Position numbers and translations under genes: made by a program. From an uncultured Candidatus Rokubacteria bacterium (GTDB lineage Bacteria > Methylomirabilota > Methylomirabilia > Rokubacteriales > DASRDR01), in the NCBI GenBank assembly GCA_963708025.1, contig CAVPSB010000013.1:480001-544000 (forward strand): 64,000 nt of DNA, in the 5' to 3' direction. Each line of letters opens with the position of its first letter. Within the stretch, counting starts at the first letter, position 1. This document shows positions 48,700 through 58,140 of the stretch, one piece after another. A model generated the notes under the pieces. The model was not told the DNA's origin. It was given only the letters and a program-made list of their open reading frames with translations, and did no database searches.

Positions 48700-49782
48700 A
48701 TGGTCCCGGCTCTCGAGCTCGCGCAGCTGGTGAAGCGGTTCGGCTCGATCACGGCGGTGGACCGCATCGACCTGGTCGTCCCGTCGGGTGAGCTGGTCGC
48801 GCTGCTGGGGCCCAGCGGGTGTGGCAAGACGACGACCCTCCGGATCGTCGCCGGCTTCGAGCGGCCCGACTCCGGCCGGGTGCGCATCCAGGGGGTCAAC
48901 GTCACCGCGTCGCCGCCGTACCGGCGCGACACCGGCATGGTCTTTCAGCACTACGCCCTCTTTCCCCACATGACCGTCCGCGAGAACGTCGGCTTCGGCC
49001 TCCGGATGCGGGGCGTCAACCGGAGCGAGGCCGAGACGCGCGTGCGGGAGGCGCTGGCCCTGGTCTCGCTGAGCGGGCTCGAGGGCCGATACCCCCGGCA
49101 GCTCAGCGGAGGCCAGCAGCAGCGGGTCGCGCTGGCCCGCGCGCTCGTCATCCGGCCCCAGCTGCTCCTCCTCGACGAGCCCCTCAGCTCGCTGGACGCC
49201 AAGCTGCGCCAGGAGATGCGGCTGGAGGTGCGGGCGATCCAGCGGCGGGTCGGCATCACCGCCCTGTTCGTGACCCACGATCAGGAGGAGGCCCTCTCCC
49301 TCGCCGACCGCGTGGCCGTGATCAACCAGGGCCGGGTGGAGCAGGTGGGCACGCCGGTCGAGGTCTACGAGCGACCCCGCACCGCCTTCGTCGCCGGCTT
49401 CATCGGCCAGAGCAACTTCTTCCGCGGCGAGATCGTCGACGCCGCCGCCGACGGCGGGCGGGGCGTTCTGCGCGGGGAGGATGGCCGCCTCTTCCACGCG
49501 AGCAATCCGCTCCACCTCGCCGCCCGCAGTCCGGCGCTCCTGGCCGTGAAGGACCAGCGGGTGCGCCTGCGCAGCGCGCCATCCCCGGCGGCCCTCAACT
49601 CCCTGGCGGCGACCGTCGAGTCCGTCGCCTATCTCGGCACCGCCGTCCAGTACGTCTGCCGGGCCGGGGAGCGCTCGGTGGTGGCCCTGGTGGGAAACGA
49701 CGGCCACCAGTCGCTGCTGCCGGCCCAGACCAGGGTCTGGATCGAATGGGACCCCGACGATGCCGTGCTGCTCCCCCCGTGA
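48700..49782 (+). CDS. PotA-like ABC transporter ATP-binding protein
   Basis: GPSGCGKT, VFQHYALFPH, LSGGQQQR, LLLDEP, VTHDQEEA. Confidence 0.95.
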   Translation: MVPALELAQLVKRFGSITAVDRIDLVVPSGELVALLGPSGCGKTTTLRIVAGFERPDSGRVRIQGVNVTASPPYRRDTGMVFQHYALFPHMTVRENVGFGLRMRGVNRSEAETRVREALALVSLSGLEGRYPRQLSGGQQQRVALARALVIRPQLLLLDEPLSSLDAKLRQEMRLEVRAIQRRVGITALFVTHDQEEALSLADRVAVINQGRVEQVGTPVEVYERPRTAFVAGFIGQSNFFRGEIVDAAADGGRGVLRGEDGRLFHASNPLHLAARSPALLAVKDQRVRLRSAPSPAALNSLAATVESVAYLGTAVQYVCRAGERSVVALVGNDGHQSLLPAQTRVWIEWDPDDAVLLPP

Positions 49783-49825
49783 GCGCGATCGAGCCCCCAC
49801 CCGACACCCGAGGAGGATTTCACCC

Positions 49826-50887
49826 ATGAGCACCCCGAGCCAGAGTTCCCGAGCGGTGAGCCGGCGGTCCTTCCTGCGGCAGAGCCTCATCGCCGGCGCC
49901 GCCCTCGCCGCCTCCCGCCCGGCCACCGCCCAGACCCGGACGCTCAGCATCATGATCAACGCGGGGCAGTACCAGGACACCCTGACCCGCCTGGTCATCG
50001 AGCCCTTCCAGAAGAAGCACAACGTCCGGGTGCTGGTCACGCCGGGCAGCAGCACGGAGATGCTCGCCAAGCTCCGGGCCGAGAAGGCCAGCCCCAGCGT
50101 GGACCTCGTCGTCATCGCGGAGACGGTGGCCGTCACCGGCCGACTGGAGGGCATCTTCGAGAAGATGGAGCGGGCCAAGATCCCCAACATGGCCGACGTG
50201 GAGCCCAAGGCTCTCAACCCGGACGGCTTCGGGTTCGCCTCGCTCTACGCGACCGCCGGCATCGGCTACAACGCCGAGAAGGTGAAGCCGGCTCCCCGGG
50301 CCTGGAAGGACATGTGGAATCCGGCCTACAAGGGCATGATCGGACTGCAGGACGTCGCCGGGACAACCGGGGTCCAGTTCCTGATCACCGCCGCTCGGCT
50401 TCACGGCGGCAGCGAGCAGAACATCGACCCCGGCTTCAAGGCGATCGGCGAGCTGATGAAGATGGGCGCCTCGATCAACTCCGGCAAGCCGGCGGAGATC
50501 ACCAACCTCTTCCAGACCGACACGATCCTGATGAGCCCCGGGGTCGAGAACAGCTTCTACAAGGTCTACGCGCCCAAGGACAAGCGCTTCGCGTTCGTCC
50601 TCCCACAGGAGGGCTTCTTCGCCATCCCCTACACGGTCGAGATCGTCAAGGGCCGCAAGGGCGGCGACCTGGTCTACGAGTTCATCAACATGCAGCTCGA
50701 CCCGGAGGTCCAGCAGGGCTTCATGGAGTCCATCCTGATGACGCCCGTCAACACCCGGGTCAAGATCCCGTCGAGCCTGGCGACGCTGGTCCCGGAGGCG
50801 CGGGCCGCCCTCCAGTTCGACTGGGGAGCCATCGCCCGGAACCGGGGGGCGTGGCAGGAACGCTTCAACAAGGAGATCGCGCGATAG
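49826..50887 (+). CDS. PotD-like substrate-binding protein with Tat signal
   Basis: GAGGAGG RBS; SRRSFL; IEPFQKKHN; GIGYN; WKDMWNP; position in the operon. Confidence 0.88.
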   Translation: MSTPSQSSRAVSRRSFLRQSLIAGAALAASRPATAQTRTLSIMINAGQYQDTLTRLVIEPFQKKHNVRVLVTPGSSTEMLAKLRAEKASPSVDLVVIAETVAVTGRLEGIFEKMERAKIPNMADVEPKALNPDGFGFASLYATAGIGYNAEKVKPAPRAWKDMWNPAYKGMIGLQDVAGTTGVQFLITAARLHGGSEQNIDPGFKAIGELMKMGASINSGKPAEITNLFQTDTILMSPGVENSFYKVYAPKDKRFAFVLPQEGFFAIPYTVEIVKGRKGGDLVYEFINMQLDPEVQQGFMESILMTPVNTRVKIPSSLATLVPEARAALQFDWGAIARNRGAWQERFNKEIAR

Positions 50888-50901
50888 GCCTCGGGTCTTC
50901 C

Positions 50902-51786
50902 GTGCTCCCGACGAGCCCCGGCGCCCGGCGGGCGGTGACGGGCGGCCTCCTGGCGCTGCCCGCCGTGTGCGCCCTCGGCCTCTTCTGCGCCGCGCCGCTC
51001 CTCTATCTCGTCCGCTACAGCTTCTTCGTGTACGTCCCGGGCGACCCGCTGGCCACCGGGTTCACGCTCGGGAACTACGGCAAGTTCCTCTCGGACCGCT
51101 ACTACCTCGGCGTCCTGGGCCAGACGCTCGGCATCGGGCTGGCGGTCACGGTCGCCTCGCTCGTCCTCGGCTTCCCGGTAGCCTACGGGCTGGCCCGCAT
51201 GCGCTCGCGCTGGCGCGCCGTCTGCCTGGTCCTGATCATCAGCCCGCTCTACGTGAGCGCCGTCGTCCGCGCCTACGGCTGGCTGGTCATCCTGGGCGAC
51301 GCCGGCGTCGTCAACAACCTGCTCCGCTGGCTCCACGTGATCGAGCGGCCTGTCCGCATGATGTTCACGCCGCTGGCGGTCGTGATCGCGCTGACCGAGG
51401 TCGCCCTGCCGTTCATGATCCTGATCCTGGCCAGCGTGATCCAGAGCATCGATCCCGCGCTCGAGGACGCGGCCGCCAACCTCGGGGCCCGCCCGTGGTC
51501 GGTCTTCTGGAAGGTGGTGCTGCCGCTGAGCCTGCCGGGGGTCGTGGCCGGCTCGCTGCTGGTGTTCATCCTGGCCACCGGGTCCTACGTGACGCCGGCG
51601 CTCACCGGAGGCAAGAGCGTCAAGATGCTCGTCACCGAGGTCTACCAGCAGATGACGGCGATCTACAACTGGCCGTTCGGCGCCGCGACGGCGTTCATCC
51701 TGCTCGTGGTCACGCTGCTCTGCGTCGCCGGGTTCGCCGCGGCCGTCGAGGGCTCCACGCGCGAGCGGCTGGGTCGCGTGCGATGA
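50902..51786 (+). CDS. PotB-like ABC permease
   Basis: VVRAYGW, LEDAAANLGA, VLPLSLPG, NWPFGAA. Confidence 0.92.
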   Translation: MLPTSPGARRAVTGGLLALPAVCALGLFCAAPLLYLVRYSFFVYVPGDPLATGFTLGNYGKFLSDRYYLGVLGQTLGIGLAVTVASLVLGFPVAYGLARMRSRWRAVCLVLIISPLYVSAVVRAYGWLVILGDAGVVNNLLRWLHVIERPVRMMFTPLAVVIALTEVALPFMILILASVIQSIDPALEDAAANLGARPWSVFWKVVLPLSLPGVVAGSLLVFILATGSYVTPALTGGKSVKMLVTEVYQQMTAIYNWPFGAATAFILLVVTLLCVAGFAAAVEGSTRERLGRVR

Positions 51787-51787
51787 A

Positions 51788-51949
51788 ACATTCGGGGGCG
51801 ACCCTCTCGTTCCGCCGGTCTCGCGCCACGTCGGGACGGCGAGCCGCCTCCCCTCCCCCCGCCAGAGGCCGAAGGCCGTCCGGTCAGTCGGGAGGGGTCG
51901 CCAAAGGCCGCAGGCCGTCAACAGGTGGGGGTGGACCCGAATGAGCGGT
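51788..51949. mobile_element. Short non-coding insertion (MITE/REP-like) between the potB- and potC-like genes
   Basis: Inverted ends CATTCGGG (51789-51796) / CCCGAATG (51936-51943); internal GGCGACCCTCTC / GAGGGGTCGCC; flanked by direct repeat CGATGAA (51781-51787, 51950-51956). Confidence 0.6.
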
Positions 51950-51951
51950 CG

Positions 51952-52746
51952 ATGAAGCGGCTCTTCGTCGCGGTGAACGTCCTCATCTACGCCTTCATCC
52001 TGTCGGCCGTGGTGTTCGTGGTGATCCTCTCGTTCAGCCCGTCGGCCATCCTCCGCTTCCCGCCGGAAGGCGTGTCGCTGGTCTGGTACCGGAAGATGCT
52101 CGCCTACGGGCCGTTCTGGGACAGCATGGGCCTGAGCCTGGTCATCGCGGCCGGCGCCTCGCTGGTCGCCATGCTCCTCGGTCTCCCCGCCGCGCTGGCG
52201 GTGGTCCGGTACCGCTTCCCCGGGCGCGACCTCCTGGCGGCGGTCCTCATGGCGCCGATCGTCGTCCCGGCCATCATCCTGGGCGTCGGCCTCCTCATGC
52301 TCTACACGCAGTTCTTCGTCCACACGCTGCACGTGGCCGTGAACGGCACGGTACCCGGGCTGATGATCGGCCACGTGATGGTCTGCCTGCCCTGGGTCGT
52401 GCGGGTGCTGATCGCCGGCCTCCAGGGAGCCGACCCCGCCGTCGAGGAGGCCGCCATGAACCTGGGCGCCCGGCCGCTGGCGGTGCTGTGGCACATCACC
52501 CTGCCGCTCCTCCGGCCCGCCCTGGTGGCGGCCGGGATCTTCGCGTTCATCGCCTCGTTCGGCAACGTGGAGCTGTCCCTGATGCTGAGCGTGCCCGGGA
52601 CCAGCACGCTGCCGGTCGTGATCCTGACCTATCTCGACAACTACAACGACCCCTCGGTGGCGGCGCTGTCCACGGTCCTCATCGCCGGCACCGCCGCGGT
52701 GATCGTGATCGCCGACCGGCGCTTCGGACTGGCCAAGCTGATCTGA
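51952..52746 (+). CDS. PotC-like ABC permease
   Basis: FPPEGVSLVWY, PIVVPAII, VEEAAMNLGA, ITLPLLRP, TLPV. Confidence 0.92.
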   Translation: MKRLFVAVNVLIYAFILSAVVFVVILSFSPSAILRFPPEGVSLVWYRKMLAYGPFWDSMGLSLVIAAGASLVAMLLGLPAALAVVRYRFPGRDLLAAVLMAPIVVPAIILGVGLLMLYTQFFVHTLHVAVNGTVPGLMIGHVMVCLPWVVRVLIAGLQGADPAVEEAAMNLGARPLAVLWHITLPLLRPALVAAGIFAFIASFGNVELSLMLSVPGTSTLPVVILTYLDNYNDPSVAALSTVLIAGTAAVIVIADRRFGLAKLI

Positions 52747-52758
52747 GAGCCTATCAAC

Positions 52759-52809
52759 TCGGGCCCTCCGGCTCCCCCCTCCCCCCGGTGGGTGGGGGAG
52801 GGGGGTTGG
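52759..52809. repeat. G/C-tract palindromic repeat, family B copy 2
   Basis: Matches the reverse complement of 26064-26113. Confidence 0.7.
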
Positions 52810-52830
52810 GGGGGTAGGCGGGAGGTGCTA

Positions 52831-53619
52831 ATGGAACTCGGGCTTCGGGGAAAGGTCGCGCTGGTGACCGGCGCCAACCGCGGGATCGGCCTGGCGATCG
52901 CCATGGAGCTCGCCCGGGAGGGCTGTGACCTCGCCATCTGTGCCCGCGGCGAGAGCACCCTGGCGGCGGCCGCCGAGCGCATCGGGGGGCTGGGCGTCCG
53001 GGTGGCCGCCATCCCGGCCGACGTCCTGCAACCCGCCGACGCGCAGCGCTTCGTGGAGGAGGCGGCCGCCCGGCTCGGCGGCATCGACATCCTGGTCAAC
53101 AACGCCGGGAAGAACGTCGGCCGGCGGCTGGCGGAGGCCACCGACGAGGAGTGGCGCCAGACGTTCGACTACAACGTCTTCCAGGCGGCCCGGCTCGTCC
53201 GGCTGGTCGTCCCCCACATGCGGCAGCGGGGCGGCGGCGCCGTGGTGCTGGTCTCGTCCATCTCGGGGTGGATCCCGCAGCTCGCCGGGACCGGCCAGTA
53301 CGGCGCCTCCAAGGCGGCGCAGATCTTCATGGCCGAGCCCCTCGCGCTGGAGCTGGTGCGCGACCGCATCCGGGTCAACGTGGTGTCGCCGGGCTCGATC
53401 CTCTTCGAGGGGGGCGGCTGGGATACCCGCCGGCGCACCGAGCCGGAGAAGTTCGCGGCCTACGAGCGGAACGGGTTCCCGGCGGGGCGCCTGGGGACCC
53501 CGGAGGAGGTCGCCGACGTCGTGGTGTTCCTGGTGTCCGATCGCGCGCGCTGGGTCAATGGCGCCAATGTCCGCGTGGACGGGCTCGAGCAGCCCGTGCC
53601 GTACGAGCGACCGTGGTGA
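52831..53619 (+). CDS. SDR family oxidoreductase (FabG-like)
   Basis: TGANRGIG, NNAG, YGASK, RLGTPEEVADVVVFL. Confidence 0.94.
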   Translation: MELGLRGKVALVTGANRGIGLAIAMELAREGCDLAICARGESTLAAAAERIGGLGVRVAAIPADVLQPADAQRFVEEAAARLGGIDILVNNAGKNVGRRLAEATDEEWRQTFDYNVFQAARLVRLVVPHMRQRGGGAVVLVSSISGWIPQLAGTGQYGASKAAQIFMAEPLALELVRDRIRVNVVSPGSILFEGGGWDTRRRTEPEKFAAYERNGFPAGRLGTPEEVADVVVFLVSDRARWVNGANVRVDGLEQPVPYERPW

Positions 53620-53767
53620 CGGACCGAGGCAGACTCTGTCACGCCGCTTCTTACCGGGGCCGTGATGGTGTGAAGCCCTCCCCTGCTCTTCGCCCGAGAG
53701 GTCGGGATTACGCCGACAGGGTGAAGAGATGCGGCTGGACGAGAACGACATTCAGGAGGGAGGACCC

Positions 53768-54157
53768 ATGATCGAGTTCTTCAACCCGCCGGAGGCGCCG
53801 CCGCCCGGCGCCTTCTCGCGCGCCACCCGGGCCGCCGGGCTCGTCTTCGTGTCGGGGACGAGCGCCGGCCCCGACGCCGAGGGGCGGCCACGTCAGGGGA
53901 CGGCGGCCCAGGAGACTCGCTGGGCGTTGGAGCACATCTCCGCCATCCTCCGGGCGGCGGGGTCGTCGCTGGAGCGGGTGGTCCAGGTCACGCTGCTCAT
54001 CACCGACCCCGCGGACTACCACGAGGTCAACGCCGAGTACGTCAGACACTTCCCGCGCGGGCTGCCGGCCCGCCACACCGCCCGGTTCGGCGTCCCCACC
54101 AGCGCCCGGGTGGCTTTCGCCTGCATCGCCCTCGCGCCGGAGACGCCGGCGGGATAG
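53768..54157 (+). CDS. RidA/YjgF family protein
   Basis: FSRA, VFVSG, ILRAAGSSLERVV, NAEY, LPAR. Confidence 0.88.
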   Translation: MIEFFNPPEAPPPGAFSRATRAAGLVFVSGTSAGPDAEGRPRQGTAAQETRWALEHISAILRAAGSSLERVVQVTLLITDPADYHEVNAEYVRHFPRGLPARHTARFGVPTSARVAFACIALAPETPAG

Positions 54158-54173
54158 GCACCGGGGGAGAGGA

Positions 54174-54854
54174 ATGGACATCTTCGAAGCGCTCTACACG
54201 ACCCGGGCGATGCGACGCATGCAGGATCGGGACGTCCCGGACGAGCTGATCCCGCGCCTCCTCGACGCCGCGATCCGCGCACCTAGCGGGGGCAACTTCC
54301 AGAACTGGGGCTTCGTCGTGATCCGCGACCGCGCGATGAAGGCGTATCTGGGCGGCTTGTTCCGGGAGGACGTCGTCAGCGCGCGCCGGACCCGGTACCG
54401 GGAGCTGGACGAGGCCGTCGCCCGGGGCGAGCGCAGCGAGCGGTTGGACGCGCACGCGGCCTTCATCCGGTCAATGGTCCACCTGGCCGACCGCTTCGAG
54501 TCCGTGCCGGTCTTCATCGCGGCCCTGATCCGCTCCGGCGAGAACACCATCTGGCCGGGCGGCTCCATCTATCCCGCCGTCTGGAGCCTCCAGCTCGCCG
54601 CCCGGGCCCATGGGATCGGCACCGTCCCGGTGGGCAGCCTCGCCCGCCACCAGAGCGAGATCTTCCCCCGTCTCGGCGTCCCGGAGGACGAGGGATGGGT
54701 GCTGGCGACGTTCGTGGCGCTCGGCTATCCCACCGGCCGCTGGGGCGTGCCGCCCCGCAAGCCGGCCCACGAGGTCACCTTCGTCGAGCGCTGGGGCCAG
54801 CGGCCATCGTGGACGGTTCCCAGGCCGCTCTGGCCCTCGAAGGCGAGGCCTTGA
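54174..54854 (+). CDS. Nitroreductase family protein
   Basis: TTRAMRR, AIRAPSGGNFQNWGF, SIYPAV.SLQLAARAHG, ALGYP. Confidence 0.92.
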   Translation: MDIFEALYTTRAMRRMQDRDVPDELIPRLLDAAIRAPSGGNFQNWGFVVIRDRAMKAYLGGLFREDVVSARRTRYRELDEAVARGERSERLDAHAAFIRSMVHLADRFESVPVFIAALIRSGENTIWPGGSIYPAVWSLQLAARAHGIGTVPVGSLARHQSEIFPRLGVPEDEGWVLATFVALGYPTGRWGVPPRKPAHEVTFVERWGQRPSWTVPRPLWPSKARP

Positions 54855-54924
54855 CGGCCCTCGGGGCCGTCCCTACGATGGTTCCACCGCCGCTTGCCAT
54901 GACACCCCGTCCAAGGAGGAGAAC

Positions 54925-56262
54925 ATGACCAGCCTTGCGCGCGCCACGGCGTCCTCGTTCTTCTTCGTGTCCCTGACCCTGATCGTGATCCTGGTCGCCG
55001 GACCGGGACCGGCCCACGGCCAGGCGGGCGGCCCGGTGACGCTCAACCTGGTGTCGTGGAGCTACGGGGTCGAGATCGTGCGCGACAACATCGACAAGTT
55101 CCAGCAGCGGCACCCCGGCGTGGTCGTCAAGTACAGCGACTTCTCCTGGGCGACCTACCACGACGCGATGGTGGCCCGCTTCGCCAGCCGCACGCCCACC
55201 GACGTCCTCTACTCGTCGGACCACTGGCTCCAGGAGTGGGCCGCCGCCGGCTGGATCGTCCCGGTTGACGAGCACTTCCCGCAGGTGCGGCAGTACCTCG
55301 CCGAGTACTCCCCGTTCGTCCGGGAGGCGCTGACCTACAAGGGGCGGATCTACGGCACGCCGTACTACGCCGACACCTTCATCTTCGTGTACAACGCCGA
55401 CCACCTGCAGAGGGCCGGCTTCAAGGCACCGCCGGCGACCCTCGACGAGTGGACCCGGCAGGCGGAGGCCATCAAGGCCAAGGGCATCGCCGATTTCCCC
55501 ATCGCGCTGGGCTGGGGCCAGCAGGACCCGTTTTCCATCGAGAGCTTCACCGCCCTGGTGTTCGCCCAGCAGAACGGGACGATGTTCGACAAGGCGCTCA
55601 ACCCCGCGTTCAAGGCCCCGGGCAGCGCGGCCGAGAAGGTCGTGGCCTGGGCCACCGACGCGCTCCAGACGAAGAAGATCCTGGGGCCGACGTCGCTGCA
55701 GGCCATGAACATCGACATGATCAAGGCGCTCCAGGCGGGCGCGGCCACGTTCGGCGTCATCCCGTCGTACTCGCTGGCGGTGCTCAACGACCCCGGCCAG
55801 ACCCAGCAGGCGGGCAAGTTCAAGATCGGCCTGATGCCCGGGGAGAGCCACGCCACCGTGGGCTTCATCCGCTTCTACGCCATCAGCGCGCAGGTCCCGC
55901 GTCGCGGGAAGGAAGCGCTCACCGCCGCCTGGAACTTCCTCGACTACTTCGGCGGCAAGATCGACGGCGAGTACCGGGTCACCAAGCGCTGGTCCCTGGA
56001 GAAGGGCCTGGGCTTCGCCCAGACGGCGCTGTTCGGGGACAAGGAGATCCGGGCCGCCTTCGGCAAATGGGCCGACGTCGACATGCTCCAGAAGCAGGCG
56101 GACCTCGCCCGGGCCAAGGAAGGGATGACATCCTACTACGGCACCTGGGACGTCTTCAGCCGGGCGGAGCTGCACAAGGCCTATCTCGGCCAGCAGAAGC
56201 CGGCGGAGAGCCTCGCCAACATGGCGAAGAAGTGGGAGGAGCTCCGGGCCAAGGCCAAGTAA
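54925..56262 (+). CDS. Carbohydrate ABC transporter substrate-binding protein
   Basis: AAGGAGG RBS; signal peptide; FQQRHP, YKGRIYGTPYY, FVYN, PPATLDEW. Confidence 0.9.
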   Translation: MTSLARATASSFFFVSLTLIVILVAGPGPAHGQAGGPVTLNLVSWSYGVEIVRDNIDKFQQRHPGVVVKYSDFSWATYHDAMVARFASRTPTDVLYSSDHWLQEWAAAGWIVPVDEHFPQVRQYLAEYSPFVREALTYKGRIYGTPYYADTFIFVYNADHLQRAGFKAPPATLDEWTRQAEAIKAKGIADFPIALGWGQQDPFSIESFTALVFAQQNGTMFDKALNPAFKAPGSAAEKVVAWATDALQTKKILGPTSLQAMNIDMIKALQAGAATFGVIPSYSLAVLNDPGQTQQAGKFKIGLMPGESHATVGFIRFYAISAQVPRRGKEALTAAWNFLDYFGGKIDGEYRVTKRWSLEKGLGFAQTALFGDKEIRAAFGKWADVDMLQKQADLARAKEGMTSYYGTWDVFSRAELHKAYLGQQKPAESLANMAKKWEELRAKAK

Positions 56263-56283
56263 CTAGCCAGCTAACGGGGCCCC

Positions 56284-57195
56284 GTGCCGCCGAGCGCCAC
56301 CGCGCCGCGGGCCAGGGCGACCGCCCTGGCCCGCTCGTACCCGTACGTCACCGTCCTGCCCGTCATGCTGGTGGTGGCGCTCTTCACCGTCTACCCGCTG
56401 CTCTACAGCATCGACCTCAGCCTCCACGAGAACGTCCTCACCCGGCCGCTCGACCACGACTTCGTCGGCCTGCAGAACTTCCGGGAGGTGATCACCGGAT
56501 ACTACTTCTGGCGGTCCCTGTGGTCCACCGCGGTCTTCGCCGTCATGGCCGTGCTCGCCGTCACCCTCTACGGCCTGGGGGCCGCGCTGCTCCTGAACCA
56601 GCCGGTGTTCGGCGGCGCGCTGCTGAAGGTCGTGATCCTGCTCCCGTGGGCCATCCCGGCCGTCATCAGCGGGATCATCTGGCGCTGGATCTTCGACGGC
56701 GACTACGGGGTGCTGAACGGCCTGCTCCTGGCCACCGGCGCCGTCGACCGCTACGTGCCGTGGATGAGCAACATCGTCAGTGCCCGCATCTGCCTCGTCA
56801 TCGCCCACGTGTGGAAGCAGGGGCCGCTGGCTTCGGTGTTCCTGCTGGCGGCGCTGCAGGTCATTCCCGCCGACCTCTACGACGCCGCCCGCATCGACGG
56901 CGCCGGGCGCTGGAACGGCTTCCGCTACGTGACGATCCCGTACCTCCGGGCCACGCTGGCGCTGGTGCTGATCTACGAGACCATCGTGGCCATCGCCACG
57001 TTCGACCTCGTCTACGTGATGACCGGCGGGGGGCCGGCCGACGCCACCGCCATCATCGGGTGGTACGCCTACACCGAGATCTTCCGCTTCCTCAACCTCG
57101 GGCACGGCGCCGCGCTGGCGCTCATCCTGGCGGTCTTGCTGCTCGGCATGGTGATCCTCTACCTGCGCGCGCTGCGGTGGGAGGAGACGTCGTGA
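56284..57195 (+). CDS. Carbohydrate ABC permease (MalF-like)
   Basis: FVGLQNF, LPWAIP, DLYDAARIDGA, MTGGGP. Confidence 0.93.
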   Translation: MPPSATAPRARATALARSYPYVTVLPVMLVVALFTVYPLLYSIDLSLHENVLTRPLDHDFVGLQNFREVITGYYFWRSLWSTAVFAVMAVLAVTLYGLGAALLLNQPVFGGALLKVVILLPWAIPAVISGIIWRWIFDGDYGVLNGLLLATGAVDRYVPWMSNIVSARICLVIAHVWKQGPLASVFLLAALQVIPADLYDAARIDGAGRWNGFRYVTIPYLRATLALVLIYETIVAIATFDLVYVMTGGGPADATAIIGWYAYTEIFRFLNLGHGAALALILAVLLLGMVILYLRALRWEETS

Positions 57196-58109
57196 TCGAT
57201 CGCCCGGCGCCGCGCCGGCGGCCCCGGTCCCGCCGGGTCGAGCGGACGCTGCTCAACCTGGCCAGCGTCCTGCTGGGGGCGTTCATCCTGGCGCCGTTCG
57301 CCTGGATGCTGGTCTCGAGCCTCGCGGGCGAGGCCGAGCTGACGCGCCGACCGCCGGTCTTCGTCCCGTCGCCGCCGACCGCGGCCAACTACACCTACAT
57401 CTTCACCGGCCGGCTGCCCACCGACCCTACCCGTCACGGCATCTTCACCTGGCAGACGTCGTACGAGGTGCGGCTGCTCGTGCCGGCCTTGAAGAACAGC
57501 TTCATCGTGGCCCTGTCGGTGATGGCGGCGAACGTGGTGTTCGGCGGACTGGCGGCCTACAGCTTCGCCCGCCTCCGCTTCCGCGGCCGGCGCGCGGCGT
57601 ACGCCTTCATCCTGACCAGCCGGCTGCTGCCGGCGGTGGCGGTGGCGATCCCGTTCTATGCCATCGTGCAGCAGCTGGAGCTGCTGGACACGTACCGGGC
57701 CCTGATCCTCGTGTACCTGGCCTTCACCTTCCCCTTCACCATCTACTTCCTGTCCGTCTACTTCCGCTACCTGCCGGTGGAGGTGGAGGAGGCGGCGCTG
57801 CTCGACGGCTGCAGCCGCTTCCAGACGCTCCTGCGCATCGTGGTGCCGTGCGCCGGGCCGGGGCTGGTGGCGGCCGCGGCCTTCGCCTTCATGACCTCGT
57901 ACAACGAGTTCCTCTTCGCCCTCCTGCTCACCCAGACGATCGAGGCCCAGACGATGCCGGTGCTGATGGCGGCGGTGGCCACGAATCCCGCCGTCAGCCA
58001 CGCCCTGCTGGCCGCCTGCGTGATGCTGGCCATCGTTCCCCCGGGGCTGCTGGCCCTGGCCCTGCGGCGCTACCTCACCCGGGGCCTGATGGCGTCCATC
58101 GCCCGGTGA
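57192..58109 (+). CDS. Carbohydrate ABC permease (MalG-like)
   Basis: LKNSFIVA, EVEEAALLDGC, SYNEFLFAL, RRYLTRGL. Confidence 0.93.
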   Translation: MIDRPAPRRRPRSRRVERTLLNLASVLLGAFILAPFAWMLVSSLAGEAELTRRPPVFVPSPPTAANYTYIFTGRLPTDPTRHGIFTWQTSYEVRLLVPALKNSFIVALSVMAANVVFGGLAAYSFARLRFRGRRAAYAFILTSRLLPAVAVAIPFYAIVQQLELLDTYRALILVYLAFTFPFTIYFLSVYFRYLPVEVEEAALLDGCSRFQTLLRIVVPCAGPGLVAAAAFAFMTSYNEFLFALLLTQTIEAQTMPVLMAAVATNPAVSHALLAACVMLAIVPPGLLALALRRYLTRGLMASIAR

Positions 58110-58140
58110 GAGGATGCGCGGGGCGATCCTTGCTACGTCA

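Noticed and set aside
53655-53730. Fluoride or glycine riboswitch
   Set aside because: Only short fragments (GATGG, GAGAG/CCGA) match; the other conserved elements are missing.
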